This document shows positions 38,835 through 50,722 of a stretch of DNA of 64,000 bases, in pieces (the stretch's first letter is position 1; every line of letters starts with the position of its first letter). Both the position numbers and the translations under genes were made by a program. This stretch comes from Sphagnum compactum (lineage: Eukaryota): assembly GCA_965153455.1 (NCBI GenBank), contig OZ234493.1, positions 25,844,213-25,908,212 on the forward strand. The letters are read 5' to 3'. The notes below the pieces were generated by a model. That model did no database searches. It was not told where the DNA came from and worked only from the letters and a program-made list of their open reading frames with translations.

Positions 38835-40031
38835 CTACAAGCTTCTGCTCCTCTCACAGATGAACTTTACATGCTTGCTGCTACACAACATGGTGATTAC
38901 TGTTGGTGATTTTACGAACCTTCCAAGACTTAAACATAAGTCCAAAGTTTACAAGGTGCTCAACTTTGAGAGTCCTTCATGGGATCTGGTGTAGCAACAA
39001 CCATCCTACTCAGGAAAAAAGGAGTGGGCCTTAGCTCCATGGAGTGTCAGGTTTAGCAGGCAGAGGCTCTGCTGCAAGACACACCCTGGAAAGAGTCTTG
39101 CAGGTCAGTGCTTTTCCCTTGAGCTTCATGTACGATTTGTTCAAGAAATAACAAAGTCAGTTTTAGACTAGAACTTTTGAAGTTGTCCACCAGACCGCAC
39201 CTGCAGCACAATACATCCAGAGGATATGAGTCACACGTGTGAATGGACATCACCCAATTGCTGTTCCATTCATTTCTGGATTACAATGTTTTCTTGTCAC
39301 ACAAAGCCATCGCAATACTGGCCATCACAAATTCATGGTAGGTCATGACAAAGTGATGATCATGACAAGAGAGCTGTAGGTACGGTTGGCAGTTCATTCA
39401 GTTTTCTGAAAGGATGATCACTGACTTTCAAAAATGGATCTTGTGTTGTAGATAAGTACAGGAGGAAGAAATTGGAGACAAAAGCTTGGAGGCCAATGAC
39501 TGAGGCTGTGATTGGGGAAACTCGACATTTTTGAAGGCAAAAGGGACAGCTTATGGTTGGGCTAAGTCAATTTCGAAGAAGTACAAAAACCAGAAGCCCA
39601 CTTCCTTGCTGACAACAAGCTGCCAGTAGAAACCCTTGCATCTTCCTTGACAGGAGATGCAACACAAATACTCTTTTCAGGTCCACAATCGACTCCAGAA
39701 ATTGGAGGTTGCAGCAAAGGAAATGGGATGAACTTTTTGTAGATACTCACCCCCAGGTGATAGCCAGAGTCAGAGAAATGCTGGGGGATTACTGGGAAAC
39801 TTTCCACTGTTAAACCTGAATAGGGTTCTATGAACCCTAAAACCCTAAACCATAAAATTAGTTAGATTGAATTTGGGAGCATGAACAGCTCTTGATTGTT
39901 GGAAGAAATAAAAACTCTTCAACCACTCATGTTGGAAGGTATTTTTCAGTATTTACACAAAAATTGTGTATTGTGAATTTACCAATACAGGAGATTTGAA
40001 ATTTTTTTGACTAAGAAAATGTCTAACTATC

Positions 40032-43000
40032 TCATGCTGTGTACTCTGCATGAACGTCCAATACAAACTCAGTGTATAAATTTTTGGCGGCATACAGAAC
40101 AGTCATAATCAAGGGTCCCAAAAAGACACCCTGCAGAAAGAGAACAGAACACAGTTTCAGTGGCAGATGGCTCACACTTAGACCTTCAAGACATGTTGAC
40201 ATTAAATCCATCTAAATATATATAAAAATTCAATATATCCCATATCAAATTTTGGTTTGAGAATTACATAAGAATTGCATCAATTTTGTACTTACTATAG
40301 AAGATTGTTTAGGAGGAACAGAGGATTAGGTTTTTCCACTGCAAGAAGAATGTTGTGTGTAATCATTGAGATTAAATAATCACATTTAGTTTTAGAGAAG
40401 TGACATGATTTAGCCCCACCTCCATAGATGGCGAAAAAAGGGTCAGACCTCCAGCAATACTGAGACCTGTGAGATACGTGTTATGCTTGGAGATTGTCCC
40501 TTGAATTTTCAGCACACCATAGTGCATGAAGTAAACATATGTGCCAACAATTGTGGCAGCTCCCAAATAACGTCGCTGGAGAGCAAGCTGTGCAACTGCT
40601 GGCAATAATGCCATTCCCTTGGGAAAGAGTGGAATCAGGCCTTGCACAAGTGCAATAAGTGTTGACATGTATAGAAAATGGATTTGAAAGAACCGAAACA
40701 GGAGGTACGTAAGTGAGGCCTGGACATTCCCCCCAAAGCTTTTTGGGTTTTTTCTATCAGCATGGCTAAAGACCTTATTCCTTCTCTTACTTTCTAACCC
40801 TCTTGCATGCTCCCTCCCCCCTTGAAAGTTTTTGAGAAGGAAACCCTCATAGCTTGAACTAGTGAAAAGGTGTCCCCATATTTGAACAAGAGATGAAAGC
40901 AGCTGCCCAGTGTGCATAAAACTTTTGTTTCTCAGAAAAAAAACACAAAAGCCAAGAAATCTGACAACTGAAAATATCATGAAGTCAAGTTGTCTGAGAG
41001 TGAAAAGTTGGGATGAAGCACAGTACCTGGTAGAACATAGTCTTGGTAGTGGTCAATAGAACAGAGCTAACTGCGTGGTCTAAAACAGTTGCACACCGTT
41101 GGCGAGTTTGGTCAGAGACAGGTATCATATCTAACACTTGATACATAACACCACCCGATTTGGAGGTAATCAGAAAATATAACAAGGAGAAAAACACGAG
41201 GGCTTGCGATATAAAATTGAAAACACCCAACCCAAGCACAACTATAAAATACATGCCTCCTGTCATTATTTTGCTGCTGCTGACAAGAAATTGCTTCCCA
41301 GCAGAGTATACATCCTTCTGCAGAAATTTGGTGTGCATAAGTATAACATTTCTTTATCAATTTTGGTCGATTGTATTTGATGGAATGATGTACAATTTCA
41401 GTCCTTTTAATGCTCCAAATGAGTACAAGATGATTGACTTGCCTCAGACTTTCCAGGAAGGCTGGTATCCTCAGTTGAATCTTTGTCATTCAAATATGGT
41501 GTTGCTGTCCCTCCTTCTGCAATTTGACTCAACAACTCCTTGACTGCATTTACCAACTCTGTCATATTGTTCTTTGCTGCAATTTCATCCACCTGTTCCA
41601 ATTTGAAACTACAGAAAGTTGGGACACTTCAAAGACACAGTCACTTTGAAGGACAGTGGAAAGCACAAACGTGAGTTGAATGGCGCCCCCAAAAATGAAA
41701 GCTCTAGTGATGATAGTGGTCTCATACAGAAAAACTACTGAGAATTTTCTCCAAACTCCAGTATAGTATGATTTGAAGCACCGATTCATGGCTCCCAAAC
41801 CCAGCATTATATGTGACGGCATATGCCTTTCTAGATCAGAGGATTAGGCCCTCATGGTCAAGGTGAAACTCAGAACATTAGGGCATCTGATCATGGAAAC
41901 CTGAAATTGAGGGGATGGAAGGGATACCTTGAGCACAAGTATGTTGTATGCTTTGTTTGAATGAGAGTCAATATACTGAGGAATTTTGTTGTCTTCAACC
42001 CATCGGGAAAGGGTGCCAGGGGCTGCACTTCCACTTGACTGCATGTGACTCTTAAAAGCCATCACTGCATCCTTGCTCTCCATCCCAACCTTGTACGTGA
42101 AAAGCAGGATGCCACCCGTCAGCAAAATACACATCACAATTATCAGTACAACAGCCACAGCCGCTGGAAGGCTCTCTATTAATGACTGTGTCACCCCCCG
42201 ATTCGTCCACCTGAAATGACAATTCTGCAGCATTTCGGTTAATTGGTCAACCTTTTTGGCAGCAAACAGTGCTGGCATACCTCATGAAAAATGCAAGTGG
42301 AACTTCAAAAGAGAAAAATGAAAACACATGACAGAAGCATTTGTTCATAAACTTTTCTTTCTGCCGTGCAAGCTTCATAAACATACTTTGCCATGCCAGT
42401 AATATAGCTCACTGATTGAGTGGCACTTCTATGAATGACTCAGAGGACAAAGAGATGCATATGTGTGCGTGGGAACAAATGGACACGGAATATACTTTCC
42501 ATGTCCTCATTCAAGCTGCAAAAGAGCTTGTGAAGGTAAGTTTCATTCAGTTTAGCTTGCCCAGGCTGTGTAAGCAAGCATTCAAACATAAGGGATAGAG
42601 AGGCCTACACAGACGGTAATCTTCCAGCTAACAATTGACCTGCTGCTGGAGGACTGTTACAGACTGTACCAAACACCTATAGTTTCCAAACTACTCAAAT
42701 GCAACAAAACAAGAACATTGGTGACTTGCAATAATATAATTGAAATGACGGAGCCCATACCTGGTCATCCTTACCAAAGGTTGAACTGTAAATTCATAAA
42801 GCTGGGCCAAACTACTCCTGCGCTCCAATTGGGGTGCTGCTGCTGGAGACATTTCAGTGGCCACACCAAACACTGGCATAATTTGACCTAAAGCAGCCTG
42901 GCTTGAAACCATCAAGACTATAATTGCGCCCATATAAGTAGGGCCAAGAAACTCATACCCTAAAATAAACAGTGTGAAAGTGAGAAGCCACTGTGAAAGT

Positions 43001-43557
43001 TTTACAAACCCAATATGCCTTGGAAATGGTGCCTGTTTACCACACATTTCCAAGAGTGCGTCCCACGCATCAGCCACAGATTCTGTTACTGCACGGGTGG
43101 TTGCCTGTGGAATTGCTATGACTGTCTCCAGGAATCCATTTTGTAGGGGTGTCTCCCAGAAGTGGACAACTTCACCCTGCACTTTTCTTAGCGGCATGGA
43201 CAATAAAATTGCCCATCGGATGGGTTTCCAATAATCCTTCAATAACTGGCTGACTGAATAAAATATCAATATACACAATACCAATCCAGCATGCACTAGG
43301 CCAATGTAGATCGCTAAGTTGAAATTAGAAACATTCAATTGTGTTCTCTCCATCAGGCTTGAGTCCAGGGATTCAAGTTCTGCATCAGAACTCTGTACCG
43401 CAGTTTGTTTTAAGAGTGGAGGAGACATGGAGACTTCACCTTTCTGACTTTCCTTCCTGGGTGTTGAAACTGAGACTAGATTTTGCAACTTCGACAATGG
43501 AGTGTTAGATACCAATTGCCTTGCCCACCCAACCCTTTTGGATGCGTCAGGTTCCAT
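40032..43557 (-). CDS. TMEM245-like (AI-2E-related) multi-pass membrane protein, ~639 aa, 6 coding exons
   Basis: Exons 43557-42761, 42210-41928, 41592-41443, 41317-41027, 40719-40420 and 40130-40032 splice in frame (1920 nt); intron 3 is GC-AG. Motifs KPIRWAILLSMPLR, LITSKSGGV, HFLYMST, YLTGLSIAGGLTLF and GVFLGPLIMT match the plant TMEM245-like family as recalled. Likely 5'UTR introns lie upstream (about 44493-43589 and 45221-44968). Confidence 0.88.
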
Positions 43558-45434
43558 ATCTGTCGGTCAGAGTTCTAGGGCATTCAACCTGCATATTATT
43601 GTACATTTACTCAACAGCTGGAAGACCTTAAAAAGTGAAGTGGGTGCTATCAATGCAATTGCAGAGAGAAACTCCACAAAAACATATAAGGTAACCCATG
43701 GTCTTTTGCTATGTCAGCCCAAAATTTGACAATACAAGTAGATCACAATTAGTGACGTCTACTGTGCTTGGCATAAAATCCTTAAAATCACATTTCACCC
43801 AATCCTCTTCCAAGTTTGAGCAATCAACCAGAAGAAGATTTTGTTCAGGGTAGCTCTTCAACGTGATTATGACACTCATTGCTATTGAAACATTCAAACC
43901 CTAAATCATCTTGCATGTTAGCATCCAATTGGTTTCCACATAAACAAATTCAGAATAATGAAATTCGGAGATTGAGGCCAAAAATTCCTCTCTAATCCCT
44001 GCAACATCCTTTGAGGCTCTACCAAACTTTGTCCTGAGTCCTTTACTGAGTTTGAGAGTATATCTTAGTCTTTTGTCACTTGTACCTTACGATTTCTTGG
44101 GCATGTTGAAATTTCTCATATTACAATACTGATTTGATTACCTAGTGAATGGATACTTCAGGGATGGCCATCTTTGGGTGATTAAAATTTTCTAACATTA
44201 TTTCTGAAGACTCCAAAAGCCACAGAGGAAGTGAAACAAAATTGAACTAGAGGATCCCTGCAAGTTCAACAAAACTGGCAATTACAAAGAATCAATCTGA
44301 AACTTTTAGAGGTTATGGAATCAAAGCATGGGTTCTAAAGTTTGGACTACTAGGCATGACCCTACTATACTAATTATCTGGCAAGGGCTTATTAGGAAGG
44401 GGGTTGGACACATATAGTCTGCAATCAGAAACAGAAGAAACAAGATACCAAATTACAACTCTGAAATTGAAGAGGTGCTGGACAAAGAATTACCGGCGAT
44501 TACATTGAAGGACTGACAATGGCATTCATTTTTCATGATATCACTTGCTCCCCAAAAAAACCCTTTGCTTCATTAGATCTTTCTGCCATACTGATATGTA
44601 TATGATGACAGTAGCACAGACCCATAATTGAACAAAAATAGGAGATACCATGCAATTGTTGCCAAGCAGTTATATTCACAGCAGAATCATCAATACAAGG
44701 AAAAAAAGGACAAACTGCACAGATTGTAGGCTCTGGATCCTATTCTTCTTGGAACGGGATGGATTATAGTAACACTGTTCCAATTAAGCAGCTCTGAGTT
44801 TCTCACTCTCAAAGTCAAATTTGCTGGTCTTCTAAGTTGGAGAAGAAAGCTTTTATAAGTAGAGAGCATTGTAGAATTCTGACATTTGGCGATAGACATA
44901 ACCTGAGACCTCAACAAGAATTGTTATCTCTGAATGCTCATTCCAAATACTTCATCATTCCCAGCACCTGGCAAACAAAAAGTACATGATAAATAACCAT
45001 TCAGAACCCTTAAACATGTTCCTCATCCGCACCCCCCTCCAAACATCACTTCTTAGGGGGGTTTTCCAGGTTTTTAGACAAGCAGAGCCGACTCTTCTTC
45101 TGCCGAACAATCAATAGATCACCAGCACGAAGACTGAATCATCATCAATCCCCCGTAAGGAATTATGTCCTACCAACAACTTCAACGGAAATAAAACAGT
45201 TTTATGGACCCAAAAGATTACCTGAGGCATTGACGATCGGTTCTAAAAGCTTGGCTGCTCTGAAACCGAATTGAAATAGGACATTTTCTACAAAATTTCC
45301 ACTGATCCGCTGCAACTTCGGTCGATCACAGCGCGCAATTTCGCAGATCCACAGCACTTCCGAATTTTCTTGTCCGAGAAGCAGAAGACGACGAAGATCG
45401 CACCTAGTGGATGAAGCAGCAACCCTAATCTTAT

Positions 45435-46095
45435 CTCATCGGGACCGTCCAGTTCTCATGATTGACGGCCACGGTGCCCAAGTACGCTTAGTAATTTGAT
45501 TGGCTGGCTGGATTCTCCTCACATCGCAGCCGTCGAAATAAAAGTCTGGACGGCTATGAAAAGGTTGAATTAGGTCAACACAGGCAGTTTAACATTGACT
45601 CTCATCGAGACCGTTCAGTTCTGAAGATCGACGGCCACAATGCGGAAGCACGCTTACTACGTGACAGGCTCGCCAGATTCCGAATTTTCTAATTACATCG
45701 GAGCCGTCAAAAACCAAATCTGAACGGCTATGGATAGGTTAAATTAGGTCAAGACAAGGAACTGGGCTTGGACTCTCATCGAGACCGTCCAGTTCTTACG
45801 ATTGACGGCCATAATTACATCGGAGCCGTCTAAATCTAAATCTGAATGGCTAGGAATTGGTTAAATTAGGTCAGAACACGGAACGCTCATCGAAACCGTC
45901 CAGTTCGCAGGATCGACGGCCACAATGTGCAAGCACCTTTAGTACTTGACTGGATGAGTGGATTCTCATTTTCTCACTTACATCGGAGCCGTCCAACACC
46001 CAATCTGAACGGCTATGAATTGGTTAGAATTAGGTCAGGAAATGAAACTGGACATGGACTCTCATCGTGGCCGTGGAAATCCATGAATCGACGGC
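45435..46095. promoter_or_regulatory. Tandem array (4.3 units, 111-175 bp) of CCGTC..GACGG dyads in the divergent promoter region
   Basis: Units start CTCATCG at 45435, 45601, 45775, 45886 and 46061. Each full unit has two inverted CCGT[C/T]-N13-16-[G/A]ACGG motifs plus AATTAGGTCA. The array lies between head-to-head genes. The repeat is certain; the regulatory role is inferred. Confidence 0.6.
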
Positions 46096-46429
46096 ACTGA
46101 GATGGAGTACTTAATGGGAATGCCATTGCTAACCTGGAGCTCCATATCCGCTCAGTCGTCTTCTTGGGAAGTGTGTGTTTTCGGCGAGGAATTGCAAATT
46201 TTGTGCGTGCAATTTGTGGTGGTTCCATTTGCTCTTGTGTGCACGGAGTATTGTTTGGAGTGTTCTGAAAGAGTGACAAATTTTGTTGATTTATCTATTT
46301 AGTTGTTTTTAGTGTCTGGACTCTGGTTTGTTTGCGCGTTGGAAACAGATTTCTTTGTTTTTTGCTTCATTTTTTGTTTTCTCTTTGTTTGTCTTTCTTC
46401 TTCCTTTGTATCCGGAGCTGGTTTGCGCA

Positions 46430-48137
46430 ATGGCGGCCAGCTCGTGTATCTCCTATGCAGTGGCGAGCGGTTCTTTTACGGCTGCCTCTGGGAGAGCGGA
46501 GCCAAAGCTGGTTACAAGGGTGAATGTGGAGTCGACTCCTACATTCGTCGTCGCCATTTCGAGTTTGTCTCTGAGCTGCTTGTTAAGCAGTAGTAGGAGG
46601 CCTATGAAGAGCACGAGCATCTCCGTATACGCGTCCGAAGTCGAACAAGCCGAGGCTGAAACTGAGCCCCTCAGCTTGAACGCCATCGATTCCCCTAATG
46701 CTCTTGAAGGTTCCAAGCTGTATGTCGGAAACTTGCCGTGGACCTGCGATAGTCAACAATTGGCTGAAGTTTTCGAAGACTGCGGAAATGTTGAAATTGT
46801 TGAGGTGCTCTCTTTTGTCAGAAACTTTACATGTTCCTTTCTTTTTCTTGCAGTTTTACTAGAGTTCTCCTTGCAATACAATGTGAAGACATCAAAATAA
46901 TTTCTGTACTTCTCAAAGTGGCTACACGTTCAATGCCAGCCTCAACATTCTATGGTTGGATTGTTTATATAGTAACGATGCTCCTATCCATCTTCAGCTT
47001 CCAAGTTCCGACAAGATTTTGCAGAAATATCCAACTAGAATCTGTAATGCTTTACAGCGCTTTTGCTTCAATGGAGATCATCTGTTTTCTTGGGCATCTA
47101 TCCATGCACTACAGGGTTTTTGCTCTCTCTGATCTGTTTTATCAGTGAGACATACCTGCCACCATGCATAACTCAGTCTTCATCTATTAAGGAACTACAT
47201 TAATGACAGTCTTATAGTTTGGGTTTCATTTCCCTTGCAGGTTATGTATGACAGAATGACTCAAAGAAGTCGAGGTTTTGCTTTTGTCACCATGCGCTCA
47301 ACTCAAGATGCCATGGCTGCTATTGAAAAATTGGATGGCTCTGTATGTTCAACATTGCCATCAATCCCCATTTGACATCAAGCTGGGCAATCTTTCAGAG
47401 TCTGCAGTATACTGATTTTAATTGGGAGGTTGCATTTCATCTGGAATCTGATTCTGTAAACTTGTCCATAAGGAGTGCAAACTACCAACCTTGCATGTCA
47501 TGAATGCTATTTTTTATTGTTCACAGAAATTAAATTGCAGAGCTTGGCTTCTCCAGGACTTTGGTGGGAGAATTTTGAAGGTTAACTTTCCTCAGTCATC
47601 AGCAAGAGAGCCAAGGATGAGCAACTACAATGACAGTCCTCCACGCAGAGAAGGTGGTAACTATGACAGCCCCAACAAGCTTTTTGTGGGCAATCTTTCC
47701 TGGAATGTGGATGATGTTGCCCTTGAAACTATTTTCAGTGACTATGGAAAGGTTTTGGATGCAAAAGTTATCAGTGATCGTGAAACTGGCAAGTCAAGAG
47801 GCTTTGGATTTGTAACTCTTGCTTCTGCTACTGAAGTGAATGAAGCAATCAAGAACTTGGATGGAGCTGTAAGTTTTACTTCCAGTTCCTCACTCTATAT
47901 TTACAGTTAGCTGCTTTGAGGAAGGATTTCTGTTCGAGGAGGGTGTCATCCTTGAAGGGCTGGTAATTATGTAGTCTCCTTCATCACAAAAATGCAGGGT
48001 TCTTCATTGACTGTCTTATGCTTCTAAGGTTCAAGTATGAAGCTTGATACCATTTTTTGTTTCAACAGGAGTATGATGGAAGACAGTTACGAGTAAACTT
48101 GGCAGGGGAGAAGCCTGCCCCAAGGCGCAACTACTGA
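46430..48137 (+). CDS. Chloroplast ribonucleoprotein (cpRNP, CP29/CP31-like), two RRM domains, 285 aa
   Basis: Exons 46430-46804, 47241-47342, 47557-47868 and 48069-48137, all GT-AG phase 0. Ser/Ala-rich transit peptide MAASS.., acidic linker, RNP2/RNP1 motifs KLYVGNL/RGFAFVTM and KLFVGNL/RGFGFVTL. Confidence 0.93.
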
Positions 48138-49466
48138 GTTGGGTGCTGTCGGGGAGAAAAGATCCTGTGAGTATTTCCATAAGTCCCTAGTAGCTTCTAC
48201 CTCCAGTGATTCTTTAGAAGAGGATTGAATCATGCAAGTGGTGGGGCATCATCTATTTAGACTGCTTCGAGAGCATTTTAGGAAAGACTGTCAATTTAAA
48301 GACAGTAATGTGAGGGTTGTTTGTGTACTTTGTGCACCCTTTATCTGTCATAAAGAAATACTCATAGTAGACTGACTCAAAGATACATCTGATATGTTTC
48401 TTGTCTGACTTTTTTGCTGATGAAATCACTAATATCAGACTATGGATGCTTCAAAAGCCACAATCAGCTTGTGACTTCATAACTAATCAGTAATCCTGCA
48501 TGTGAAAAGCACTGCACTATTTGTGCACAATACATCTCACCAGTAGTCATTGTTCCTTAATTTTCCAGTCAATTTTTTGTGTGACGAATTCCTGCCCCTC
48601 AACTTGTTCCTATATGTTGCATCGCAACAAATCATCATAACATCAGGCTTCATTGACAGTCAGATTGCTCTTTGGAAAGCTGGTCATATCTGCAAAAGAC
48701 TCAGGATTGTAAGTAAGTAATGAATTACAGTGCAGATTTTGTATACTTGTTTGTCCAGATTTTGGGCAGATTATTATATACTTATCTATATGCCCATCGT
48801 TGGGAGCTGATGAAGTCAAGGAGTACCTGTGGGCAGATCGTCACTGCCATTCATGATGAAGGTGACACTTTATGAGCAACTCTCATGAAAGGTTATGATG
48901 GCACAGTGTTAAGCTAAAGTTCGACTTGTCATGAAGATGTCGTTTTGGTTTTCTTGCTTGGTTTCATGGTCAAAGAGATGGTTTTTCTTGCATCTTGGTT
49001 TCATAGTCAAGATCTATCTGTTTTGGATTGGCTGGATGGGCATGGAGTGAACCGTGCATCATAAATTGGCAAAATCTTTCAGGCCTTCCTGGACTGATTA
49101 GTTGCTTGAGTTCTTCAATCTGCAGCTCCTGCTTGCAGCTCCCACTACAATTCCTGATTCGGATCTCCTCATTTGTTTCAACAGATTATGCTCCTCTCCA
49201 GGTACCTCATTCTCCTCATCCAAACTAAATCAATCCTCACTACATTTCACTGGATAATCATCTGAACAGGTTTTTTGAGTAAACAGCATCAAAGTTTTAA
49301 GGAATTCTATGAAAATTTCACTAAATAATGGCGTAATGGAAACCGATTCTAATCCTGGTCATGAAAATGAAGAAACCCTAATCCAAAAGAAATGAGAAAA
49401 TAAGAGCAAAAACTATACTGATAAGCAGATTGAACAAACATGGGCAGTTGGCACACATGCTGAGCA

Positions 49467-50080
49467 CCTCCAACAGCAAAATGCATGGTATTGATGATGG
49501 GCCAATCTACAGTAACACTGGAGTGACTTCATCAGCTCTGGCAGTACAAATGTTCGGGAATGCTCAGGACCTTCAACAGCAAAATGTATGGTATGATGAT
49601 GGCCCAATCCACTGTAACATTCAATTGACTTCATCAGCTCTGGTGGTACACATGTTGCAGATCACCATTGCTTGGACCCTGCACTGCTAAACCATGTTGC
49701 TCACATTGGTTCCTTGTCAAGTGTAAGTGTTTTCCTGTCCAACTGGCAGAGGAATTTGGGGAATTTGCTGCCACTGGTCCAAGACTAGGCAATTCACATT
49801 CAGCCAATGACTCTATGTCAAGGAACCATTGCAAACCTCTGGTAAGTGCACAAGTGGTACCACCATCATGGCTAGAGACTAATGCACATATGATTCAAAC
49901 AGTCAAGTTCATCAGAATCATGCTGATGCTGCTATGAAATTGATAACACATCTGAATTGCACAGAAAGGGGAGAAGGCATATGTGAGAGCCTGCTTGCGT
50001 GACTGCTAAAGCATGTTGCTCACGTTGGTTGTTCCTTGTAAATTTGTGAGAGTTTTGTGTCCAACTGGCGGACAAATTCA
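49467..50080. repeat. Two local direct duplications
   Basis: 49467-49556 matches 49570-49656 (CAACAGCAAAATG.ATGGTAT..GACTTCATCAGCTCTGG). 49683-49760 matches 50003-50080 (CTGCTAAA.CATGTTGCTCAC.TTGGTT..TGTCCAACTGGC). Confidence 0.7.
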
Positions 50081-50722
50081 CCAGAACTGCTGGATCAACC
50101 AATTTCTTCTCAATCTCTAAAAAGGGTAAGTAAAACTCTGAAGAAATGCATTACAAGCTTAGGAGAAACCCTAATGCAGTGCACTAATTGGTCATCCATT
50201 GCACTACACTGCAGCCTGTGAAGTAACCAACCATAATTCCTGAAAAGTGCCCAAAAAGGCTGGCTCTTGGAACAGTGATTGAAGTGGAGACACAGTTCAA
50301 ATGGAGCAAAGCTCATTGGGAGAAAGAAGACTAATGATGCACCAAGTAGCTGAAAGTGAACTCATAAAAATGGACAATTGAAAAGGGGCTCCAGAATATT
50401 GCGAAATTATTTCATTGATGGTTACAAGACTCTGGAATTCATGGAAAGGAGATGTCCAAAAATATAGCTTGTATACAACTTGTACATACACCTGATGCAG
50501 GTTGTCTTTGAATAATTAACAAAGTTGGGTTTCTGCATAAGGAGGCAATCTTTCTTTCATCATCCTAAAAGAATGAAAGACTAGGACCAGCAACTGAGAT
50601 GACAACACTCATAGGCATATTATAAATACCCGTCATTTTTCTCCATCAGAAATGTATGTGTCTACAGTAAAATTACAGAGTCTATAATGTTCAATCAAAT
50701 GTGTCAAGGGCAAAATGCACAG

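Noticed and set aside
39833-39857. AACCCTAAAACCCTAAACC telomere-like run
   Set aside because: Only 2-3 imperfect units; telobox-like motifs are common and this is not a telomere.
41318-41489. Frameshifted pseudogene interpretation of the TMEM245-like gene
   Set aside because: A consensus GC-AG intron restores a full-length frame.
46328-46429. Upstream TTG-start hydrophobic extension of the cpRNP ORF (likewise the TTG extensions at 36975, 52848 and 60589)
   Set aside because: Non-ATG starts running through T-rich leader sequence; the downstream ATGs give typical N-termini.
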